A DNA stretch of 64,000 nt from an uncultured Eubacteriales bacterium (GTDB lineage: Bacteria; Bacillota; Clostridia; Christensenellales; UBA1242), in NCBI GenBank assembly GCA_900551855.1, contig URXM01000001.1:125804-189803 (forward strand), given 5' to 3'. The position numbers and the translations under genes are program-made. A model generated the notes under the pieces. The model did not search any database. It saw only the letters and a list, made by a program, of their open reading frames with translations, and was not told where the DNA came from. The number at the start of each line of letters is the position of its first letter. The stretch's first letter is position 1. Shown here one piece after another: positions 45,401-57,400 of this stretch.

Positions 45401-48400
45401 CAGAGTCTATATTTCAAGTGCATTTACATCTTCAACTTCTTTGAAATTTACTTTGACTTATTATAATGGCTCAACAGAGTTGGCTTCTGGTACTCACAAT
45501 CTTAACATAGATTATTTGCAAGGTGCCAACATAAAAGTTAATGGGGCTTCAACATATGTGCTTGCAAAAGGTGGCTCTGCGACCGTAACCGTAACTGTTG
45601 ATGCAAATCAAGAACTTGACAATTTATATTTGCAAAACAATGGTGCAAATATAAGTCTTTCTGCGGTCACAAAAGAAGAATTTGACACATACAAAGTTTA
45701 TACTGCAACAATTTCTGCTGCCGTTGACGCAAAATTGTCAGGAAACAAAGATAGTGGAATTTTCTATGTTTGTGCAACTGTTAAGAAAGTGATAAACAAT
45801 GTGCCAGAAATAAAGGAAAGCAGAGCAACTATTTGTTTGGTTGACTTCTCAGTGGATGGAAGCAATATTAAACTTTCTTCAAGCGGTGGAACTTCAACAT
45901 ATAATGGAAAAACTTATGATGTGTTCTATTCTTATATAAATGCAACAGACACATTGAATTTTGATTATCCATTCACTCCAGAAAATTATGAATATGACAA
46001 GAATGATGCAAGTGAAGTTGCTGCAGTAGAAAAAATTATGGAAGAAAGATCTCGTTTCGAACGCAGCAATACTTACAAAGATGATGATGTTGGATATTAT
46101 ATTAACTATAATTTCAACAGTACAACTGGACAATATGAAGAAGTTGCTTTGAAATATCAACTTTGGTATGCTTCAGATGAAAGTCATTCTTCTGCAATTT
46201 GCAATGATTCTGGTATCGTTCAAAATGGTGCATTTAGAATTGATGAGGCTGAAGGTAAATACAGCGATGGAAGTGCTTATAGTTATTTGACAATTACTGG
46301 TATAAAAACTGGTAGACAGTTGATGAAGCTCAGAACAACAATCATATATCAAGGAATTGAATTCTATTATGATTATTACTTCTTGATTGTTGTTGATGTA
46401 TGGTCAGATGAAGACACCCCTACTCAAATCTTTACCGCTGATGAGTTTATTGATTATGCAACAAATTCTGAAAAAGCAGATGATTATATCTTGATGAATG
46501 ACATTGTTTTGACAGACTATTCTCCAATCAGCACAGATTTAATCGACAGTCTTGATGGAAATGGTTATACAATTCATATAAATAGTTTTGCTTATCCTGA
46601 AGAAGGAAACACTCTTAGTCTTGCTTTGTTTAACACTGTAACAGAAAACACAACATTGAAAAATGTCAGAGTAAACATTTACAATGGTGGTCAGATTTCT
46701 GTTGACATATCAAGATATACAAACATCAACATTGCTGGTTTTGCTGTTGAAAACAATGGTGTAATTTACAATTGTGAAGTGTTGTCTTATTATGATGAGT
46801 CATATCAATCTAGCTCTATATCAGGTGATACTGGATTGGTTGTTAAGTACACAATGGGGCAAAATACCGATCCTATTGAAATAACTTCTTCTATGGTTTC
46901 ATCTTTGGGAATTGATAGCAAAGTTTCTGGATTTGTAGTGACAAACAATGCTTCAATCATGAACAGTAGAGTTGGCGGTGAATCATTTAGACAAATTGTT
47001 AAAATTGCCGGAACAAATTATATCAAAACTCAAAGTTTGAATTTGTTTGTTGTAAGAGGACAAGTTGAAGTTTCAGGTTTTGTAAACGACAATGCTTCTT
47101 CTGGTTATGTCAGTGCATCTTTCGCTGATAACATACAAATTTACAATGATATGGCAAGCACGACTTCTTTGACTGCCGGTTTTGCAGTTTACAACCACAA
47201 CAATATTCAAAACAGTTATGTTGAGGGTCAAGGTAGTGATTATATTGGAGATGACGGAGAAGTAAATATTTACAACAATTTATCAAATATTACTTCTATA
47301 GGTATCATTGGTGGTTTTGTATATCAAAATGACGCTTTAATCAAAAATTCTTATTCTAATATTGCTATTGAAAACAGTGAATCTAAAGCTTCTTTGGTTG
47401 CAGGTTTTGTTTATATAAACAATGAGTCTGCAGAAATTTCTCTATGCTATGCGGCTTGTGATATTACAAAAACAGATATCAATCAAATGCAGTTCTCAGG
47501 GGTAAATGATTTTGCTGAATCATTAAATTATGGAACTATTAGTTTCTCTTATTTCTATAATGAATCTCTTATTGATGACACAAATCAAAGTTCTTTAACA
47601 AGTGGTGCTTTGTCAGTAAGTGATGTTATGAATGAAGACACATTCTATGGATTTAGTTTTGCTTCAGAGCCTGGTGCTTACAATGGTATTTGGAGCGTTT
47701 CTAAGACAGAAAAGTTGACTCTTGTTAGTGCAAATCAAATTTCTTTCTCAAATCGTTATGCTGTTACTAATGGAAGTGTGACATCAATTTTCTATAGCAA
47801 ATCAATTATTGATGCTGATACTATGAGAAGTGTTGATTTGTCTTATGGTGGAGAAAACAACCCTATCATCATAAGAGACGCTTATGACTTTGCTATGGCA
47901 ACAGGAAAGGCCGGAAATACAGAAATTTCTTCTTATAAAGAATATTATAGTGACACCGAAGTATTTGGTAATTATAGAATTGTAAACAATATTGATATGG
48001 CTGAAATTGATCAAAATTCTGAAGGTGACAATTCTATCAAATTGCAAACAACAAAGAAGACATTTACTGGGTTGCTGGATGGAAATGGATTTACAATTTC
48101 TAATATCAGTTTGGGTAGCAGTGAGGCCGCTGAAAACTATGGTTTGTTTGCAAAACTTGATGGTGCTGTAATTATGAACTTGGATTTGATTGTTGAATCT
48201 ATCCACAACTCAAGAGCAAACATTGTAGGAACTTTGGCAGGTACTGCTGTTGATTCTAGAATTTTGGCTGTAAGTTTGTCACCAGTCACATCTCAAGGCG
48301 AAGACAGAACATCAATTTTGGGAAACAATGTTGTTGGTGGCGTTGTTGGTATGTTGTTCGGAGAAAGCAAATTAAGTGATATCAGTGTTGTCGACATTGA

Positions 48401-51400
48401 TGTATATTCTGCTTACTATTTAAGTGGCAAAAATGTTGGTGCAAATGACTCTTATGTTGGTTCAAATTTAAGAGGCTATGCTTCAAACGGAAATTCAATT
48501 GCAACTTATGCATCAAGAATTTCATATGCCGGAGCAGTTGCTGGATATGTTGATATATATGACTCTTTAAACAGCGAAACAGTGACATTCTCTTCTTCTT
48601 TGGAAGTTAGTGATTATGACATAATTACAGTTCATGTTTCTGATGCTGTAAACATTTATGGTGAAGTAGCTGGCGGTTTGTTTGGATATGTTGGAAACTC
48701 TACTTTGATTTACGATGCAACTCTTGAACTTGATGCTGACATGAATTTGTCAAAACCTTCTTACATCATCTCTAAAAACCTTTATGCTGGTGGTTTGATT
48801 GGAGAAAACTATGGCGGATTGTTTGCTGTTTCTGCAAGCTATTCTGAAACTTTGCAAAAGTCTATGATTGAGGCTAACGAAAACAGCTATTACTCTGGAA
48901 ACCTTACGGTAGAAAGAGGACAACAATCTATATTCTCTTATACTCCAAGTGATGAAGGATATAATTCAAACATCAACAATCCTCTTTATATTGGTGGACT
49001 TGTTGGATACATGGGTGGCGGTTATATTTACATTGGTTATAACAAACTCAATGTTATCTCTCACTCTGCTTCAACTTTGGCTGTTGGTGGAATTGTTGGT
49101 CTTGCTGGTTATACTGACAATCAATATGATTTGGCATTCTTGACATCTACACCAAAAGTTAATGTGCTTTTGAATGATGTCTATGCTTCTGGAGATGTGT
49201 ATATTGACAGCACAACAGGAAACGGATATAGTTCTGGTATTATTGGCGCATTGGAAAGAAATGCTGAAGGACAAGTTTCTGTAGTTGCTTTGAAAAATGT
49301 TATTGCCGTAAATTACTATTCTTACAATGGATCTAAACTTGTTGGGGACAGAACGGCAAGCACAGATGCTGTTGGTGGCTATGTAAGTGATAGACACTTT
49401 ATGATTGTTGGAAAGATTGTAAACTCAAGAGATAATACAGAAAACCAAACATTGAGTACAAGTTTCTATATTATTGACTCTGACAATAATTATTTGGATA
49501 TTTCAAAAGGTTATAAATATACAGGCACTCACCAATCTAACACTGTTGGTGGTTATTCAAGTGTAGTAGTTGGTTCTAGTCAAGTTTCTTTGAACTTAAA
49601 ACCTTATGGATTTAATCTCTCTTGGGAAAATGGAGACGATTCTAGATTTTATGATGTGCTTGTAAATGTTGAATCTATAGGAAGCAGTAATATGCAATCA
49701 ATCACTGCAGCATATGCAAAAATGTATAGCTACTTCCTTGCAAATGGTTGGGATGATTATTATTGGGAACATACAGAAAATGAACTCTTCCCACATATTC
49801 AACTTTTGCCTACACTCAATATTATTTTCTGGGATGTTTATAATACAAAAGATGTTCTTGAAGCTATGGACAACGGAAACATTACCGTAGTATTGAGAGG
49901 AAAGGTTGATGAAGATTCAAATATTTATCAGGATATTGACTTGAGAAGTGTAAGCAAGCAGGATCATGACAAATATGGTGATGGAGCTGGAAGTGCAGTA
50001 GATTTTGAACCTATCAAAAACTTCCATGGAGAATTGATATCATACTATGATTATGCAAACAGTGAAACAGAAGGATTTGTCACACAACCAATTTATGGGG
50101 CAAACACAAATATCATTATTGGTGGCGATCAAGGTGATGGCGTAAACAATGCAGACAAAGTCGGTATCATTGTTGATCAGTCATTGTTTGCTGGCTTGAC
50201 TGATGGCGCAAGTGTTGAGGGTATCAACATTTATATGTGCGGAGAAAATGAAGGAGATATTGAATATTCTTTGATTCAAGATAACACAGGAAATGCTGTT
50301 TTGAGAGATGTAAACATTGTTTTAAATCAAAATGTTTATATTGAAACAGAAGCTGACAATATAAATGATGAAATGATTTACAATGCAGGTTTGATCACTA
50401 GAATTGCACATGAAACATCATTTATAAATATCAATTTTACCGTAAGAGACAATGCTTCAATCAATTTCAATCACAGAATTAACACAGACAACAAAGAAGT
50501 TGATGTTCATATGGGATTGCTTGCTGGATATATTGAACAAACTTCAGCGTTTACTCAGATAAACATTCAAAAAATCAAAATTTACAATGAGAAATCTACA
50601 AAAGATAATCCATTAAAAACTAATATAAACTTCAATGTTGATGAGGTAAATTATTCAAAATTAACTTTGTATGCTGGAGTCTATGCAGGAAAAATAACAA
50701 AAGGCTCTGGAAGGGCAGACATTTCTCTTGGACTAGCAAGCATAGGTTATGTAAATGCTAATTTTGAAATTAAATCTGAAAATACAGAAAGCACTGATGT
50801 GTATATTGGTGGATATGCTGGAGAAATTGTTTCTGTTGACACTGTAACATTTATTGATGAGGCTGATGGTTCAGATGAAAATTCTGATTTGAGCATCAAT
50901 CAAAAAACAGATGTAAATAATTTATTTGCAGGTTTGGCATTTGGATCAATAAGTAATTCTTACCTTGATATTTCAAATGTTGGAAGCGGAAATATTATTC
51001 TTCTCGGAGGTATTTATCAAGTTGAAGAGAATATTTCAACCAATAGAGCAAATATTGGGGCAATTGCTGGAACAATAAATTCAACTACTACAATTCAAAG
51101 CCTTTCAGTCAATTTCAATGTTGGTAAAAAACAAGATGAAAATGACTCTGCAAATGATTATGTTGTAGATGAAGAAACAGGTGAGACCTTATTTGATCAA
51201 AACTTGTATAATTATCCTGTTGAAGATGGAGGATTGACTCCATTTGTGACAAAAGGCAATGAAGATTCAATTGGTGGCTTCTTTGGTTCTGTTGTAGGAA
51301 CCGCTATCAATATTTCTGGTAGTTGCAATTTGTCAGGAAGCATTGATGTTGAGATTGCAGAAAATAGTGATGCTGAAATTGGCTCACAAAGCAAACCTGC

Positions 51401-54400
51401 AATTTATATTGGTGGTTTTATTGGTTTGTTGCAGGGTTCTGTAAATATGAATTCTATTGTCAACAACAACTTCAACATTTCTGTAAGAGAAGATTTGACA
51501 AGTGGTGCGTCAACTTCTTCAAGTGGCAAAACAACAGCTTATGTTGGTGGTCTTATTGGAGAAATGACAAATGTTTCTTCTGATACAGGTATCAGTGGAA
51601 ATGCTGCTTCTTCTACAATAAACAGCACCCAAGGACAATATCATGTATACTACAATGGAAATGTTTTGGCTTCAATTGGAAATTTGGTATTTGGTGGAGC
51701 CGTTGGATACATTGCAAGAACAGACTTTGTAGATAGCAACAGAGCTATACAAATTTCAAACATTGTATATGGTGGTGCTGTAAAGATTTACGGACAAGAA
51801 AACAATGATAAATATTATTTACCAACAAATATTACTGCCGGGGGTGTTGTTGGTGAATTTGCAATTGGACAACTTTCTTCATCAGCAGAAAGAGTTTACA
51901 CAATTGAAGATTGTTATACTTATGGAGATGTTTTTGTAAACTATTTGTTTGATTCTACAAGTGAATCAAACAGTACTGTTTATAATTCTCGTATAAATAC
52001 TTACAATTTTGGTGGCATTGTAGGTATAGGATCTTATATATCTATTAAAAATTGTTATTCTCTTATGACTTCATTTAATGAAAGAATTTCTATGGATGAA
52101 TATTCTATTGATGGAGGAGAAGATTATTCAAATACAAATGCTATTGTTGGAAGAAATAGTAGCATTGTTGAATATGAAGGAAACAAATACAATTCATCAG
52201 TATGTATGGCATATCAAGAAGAGTCTGGAAATGAAGACATTATGTATGGTGATGCCGTAACTTATAGTGGCTATACAAACATTTATGACAAGACAGAAGG
52301 TGTAGATTCAACCAAATTAAGTTCTGAAGAGAATATTTTAAAAGCATTTGAAAATATTGGAATTAACTTAGACAATGTTGAATCTGGACACAAATTGAAA
52401 CCATATGCATGGGGTCAAAGCAATGGTGGAGACAGCGAAATATTTGTAAAACAAAGTGATACAGATCAACCTGAAGATTACGAAGTTGTAATAAACGGAA
52501 GTTATCACAATATCACTTGGGTTGCAATAACAGAAGATATCTCTACATCTAGACCAATGGCAGAAGATTTGAAAAATTATGCTATTATTGGAAATGGACA
52601 TATTTTAACAAGAACAGACAGTTCTACAGAAGATGAAAATTCTGAAACAAGTTATGGTGCTTTGATCAATAATTTGGGTGAAGGATTCGATAAGAAAGTT
52701 TCAGAACTCAATTTCAATGTTGTTTCTGGTTTGTTGATGAATCTTGAAATTTCATCTTTTGACATAAACAGTGAAGATGGAGGAAATGCTTCAATTCCTG
52801 CTTATGGTGGACTTGTAGGAACAATGAAAGGAAGTTCGTTCATTTATGGTGTAGGAGTAAAAGGCGAACTCTCAGTTGGTGGTGCAAACTCACAACTCCA
52901 TCTTGGTGGACTTGTAGGGCTTATGGAAAGAGGTATCATCAATGAATGTTATGTTGATGCTGACATGATTTATAGAGCTTCTGAAAATGGTAGAATGGCT
53001 GGCATTGCAAACATGACACAGGGAAATACTACTATTAAGTCAACATACTCTTCTGGTCGTTTGGAAACTTACATTGATATAAATATGTATACTTTCGCAG
53101 ACAGTTATAATAATGATGGAATTAGATCTGCAGACATCTTGGATTGTTATTCTATTACACAAATTAAGAAAAACAATGCATTGGGTGAGGAAGTAAATGC
53201 AAAAGCATATTTCATCAACAAATTTGATGCAGAAACTGATTCTGCAGGAGTAAACATAGTAGGTAATGTTATTAGCGGAAGCAACGAATCTCTTGATTCT
53301 GCTTACAACAATGGCACTATTACTGTATCTATGTCCAATTTGTCTGTTCCTTATTATGGAATTAAAGATGAAAAAGAAAATGTATACAACAATGGCTGTG
53401 CAGTTGATTCTCTTTTACTTGATGGAAAAATCACAACAGAACATACTTGGTACTTCAATCGTTATGTAAATTACGGATATGCTTCACATGGATTTGGTTA
53501 TTTAAAGAATGTGACAACATATGTAATTGGACAAGAAACAACTTTGGTTGAAGATGGTGAAACAAAAGAAGCTGTGACTGTTGAGAACTATCAACCAATT
53601 TCTTATAAAGATGTTGTTGAAAATGGAAGCACATATGGTGATGGAAATGAGGACTGGTATTTGGGAGTTTTGAATCAAGGCAAATTTGATCAAATGTATG
53701 AAACTGTGAAATCAAATGCTAGTGATTCATTGAATAATCCAAATGAAAAATATAATCTCGATTATAAATTTGTTTTGAGATATGACTTTGCTGTTTCAAT
53801 AAACAATCTTGGAGCTGACCTAGGAGACTCAACAAAGGGATTGGTTATTGATGGACAAAACAACACAATTGATTTGTCTATATCAGGAAATTCTGGTTTG
53901 TTTGGAAAATTTGTTGGAACAATCAAGAATTTGAGAATTAGCGGACTTAAACTTTCTTCAATTAAAGATAATGTAATTGGAGGCTTGGCAAAAGTTGTTG
54001 TTGGAAGTCTTGAAAATATAACGGTAAATGGAGAAATAAAAAACAACAATGTAAATACACAAATTATCGGTGGAGTTGTTGGTGTTTTGGAAGGAACTGC
54101 TAAAAATGTAAATTCGGTAGTTGTAATAAATTCTTCAAATAGTTCAACTATTATTGGTGGAGTTGTTGGATATCTTACTGGAAACGGAACGGTAAGTGAA
54201 TCTTCTAACAACGGAACTATTGTACAAACCGTTAATTCAGATAAAAATGTAAAGTATTACAATGAAACAGGTTTAGCAGGAGTAATTGAGTTATCTACAT
54301 ATAAATATTTGCAATCTACAACCGATGTTGAGGATACAGAGTTGAACGGTATTGCAGGAGGAATTGTAGGATTTGCTGATAAAGGAACAAAAGTATCTGA

Positions 54401-57400
54401 TTCTTACAATACAAATGCAGTATTGAGTGGATTTACTCAATCAGCCAATGTTGCTGTTGTAGCAGGAGGTGTTGTAGGTTTTGCTGACACATCAAGTTTG
54501 AGCGACAGTTATAATACAGGTTTTGTTGGCGCGGGAAATACATCAAACAATATGTCTTTTGCAGGTGGTATTATTGGATATGGTAGCAGCACAACTGTAA
54601 GAAACTGTATAAATGATGGTGCTGTTCAAGCAATTAGTGCTCCAAATAACAATGAAACAAAATATAATATTAATGTTGAACGATATTCTGGAGATGAAGA
54701 TATTGATGAATATACTTCTAATCCGGTTGATTTGTCTTATAAAATTACTTTAACTTATAATCCAGGACAAATCAGAAATGTATTTGCTTTTGGTGTTGGA
54801 TATGTGTTTGGTGCTAATAGTGAAATTTCAGACAGTAATACAAGTGTAAATAATATCAAAAATGATGGTAATTTAGGACAAATTGTTTTGACAAAGAAAC
54901 TGACTTTTGATAGAAAATACATGTTGGATGGTGTAGATAATGATTATAAAGCAAAATATTCTGTTGTAAGAGCTGAAAGTGGAAATGCTGCAATTTATGT
55001 CAATGCAAAAGATTCTTATGGGTATGCTTTCCGTGTTTATATGCAAGATGAAATTACAAGAGGGTACTTTGGCGGGGCTCAAAATGATTATATAAATGAA
55101 ATAGCTTATAGTGCGCGTAATATGTATAATGCAACAGGAAGTGATTATGTTTATTATTACGGCGATTATGTAGTTGGAGAAGACAGTACTTCAAGCGTAG
55201 TGTCTAACGATTATGGAACACTTGGAATTGAAAACTCTATCTTTGAAATGTCAGCACAAACGACATATTATAAATCAATTGACTTTATAAAATATGATGA
55301 TTTGTTGACCAACAATATTATTATGTCAAGTTCTGAGTATGACAATGGAGAAAATGAATTGTTGAATAGTATTATTGGTTTTGACCAAAAGAATGGTTAT
55401 ATAAATATAGATACTTCAAGTGATTTATATAATGAAACTATAAGAGACAATGTAGATACAAACATTGAAAATATCGAGAGCTCAAAAGAAAGTCAAAACA
55501 ATTTGAAATATTTCACAATAAATGGTGAATTTGCAGCTGTAGTATATAATTCTTCAAATATTAAAACTGCATATGCTCCATATGGCACAGAATTCTCTAT
55601 TTACTTAGATATGAAAAAAAATGGCGTTGATTATATTGATTATAACTATCTAAATAAAGAAAGTTTTTATATTAAAAATGTTATCGTTAATGGTGGAATA
55701 TATAAGAATCCTCAATTTACAACTGTAAATTATGAGAGAGTTGATCAAGATGATCAGGGGAAAGCCGGAGATTTTGTAAAAGTTACATTCGGTGTATATT
55801 TTGATGAAGCTGTTACTGGAACTATCGTTTATGAAATAAATTGCAGAACATCACAACAAAGTATTGCTTTAGGAAAGAATAATGTTGAATATAGCAACGG
55901 TTATATAAGCATAAAACTTGAAGATGATGCAAATATTAGTAAGCTTACAGAAAATGATATAAACAATATAAATTCTGATAAAGAAGGAAAATACAACTTA
56001 GATATTGATATAGATGGAAATACTAATTTCACAGATTTGAAATTGGAATATAGAGATGAATGCGCATGGGTTGTATTTAAAGGTAATGAAGAAGAAAGCA
56101 AAGCATTGAATGGTAAAAAATTGACAATTTCAGTCAATGTTACTATTAGAGAAACTGGTTATGAAAATGGTAGCGTTACAACTTCAAGCTCTGATGCAGA
56201 ATTTTCAATTGGAGATATAAATAGAACAGAGACAGAAGTGTTCAGAGGATATAATTACGGCACACTTGAATTAAGTGATATAAATGAAGATATTATAACA
56301 ACAAAAGAAGATACAAATTATGTTACTGGTATAAAAATACCTTTGCAACAAGTTTTAGACAACTACAATTTAAGATTCGCTTTTGGAAAAGAAAATGTAT
56401 TTAATGTACAATATGTAAATTCTGTATTTAATATTGGTGATGACGCTGTAGATGGGTTTAAATTTAGTGTCAATTATGAAAATGGACAATATTATCTTTA
56501 CATTGAAAAAGCAGATACTACGGATGGAACTGAAGTTGTTATTGATTCAAATTCTGATAAACTTGCAGATTATAAACAAGAATTGCTAGAATTTATCAAT
56601 TCTAATGTAATGAGTTCAACAATTTATTATGATTTAGAAAAGATAATGACAACTCCTCCATCTCAAAACATTGGAAGCAGTGTCACAGATGGGAACTTTA
56701 GATTTTCATATACAGCGACTCCAGTTGATAATGGAAACTTTACTACATCAGGTAACTATATTGGAGATAATTTTAATGCTGAAGCTAATCCTTCACAAGG
56801 AATAGTCGCAAGTACAATTACTGTTTTTGGCTTGTCATTCTATACTATGAATGTAACATATTCATATCACATTACAAGTGGAAGCTTAGTTAATATTGGT
56901 ACAGATTTAGGTTATGAAATGACTATGTCAAATGATGGTGTAATAAAAGGAAGAATCCAAGGATATCTTAAAGAGAATGAAAGTTATGATTTAAGTGAAA
57001 ATATTATTTCAAATATTGATCAGATTAACATTAGATCATATACAACAACAAATGCTTTAGCTGATGGTGTTATAGGTGATATTATTGAATATTCAATAAA
57101 TGGTGGCAAGCTTATTGGTTCTATAACATATAATGGATATTCATATTCAATTTCATCAGGTGAAGAGAAATGCCCTCTTTGTGCAGAAGGTACTTGTTCG
57201 TATGTTATGACATCAGGTCAATTTGAAGATGGTTCTACATATTACACTTATGAATACAAAATCTATGATTGTGGTACTATAAGTGTTGGATATAAGGTAG
57301 ACAACAAAAAAGGACTAAATGTTAACAAATGGGAAAATTCTAGAATGTTTGTAACCAACATTGATAAAATGTTTGAAAGAAATCCTGTTATGTATGAATA

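Noticed and set aside
53762-54211. 149-aa minus-strand ORF, plus many other 60-134-aa antisense ORFs inside the giant gene
   Set aside because: They are Pro/Thr/Phe-rich mirror images of the GGxVG rung codons (GGT GGA GTT GTT GG read backwards). They have no RBS and lie fully inside a much better-supported 20-kb ORF.
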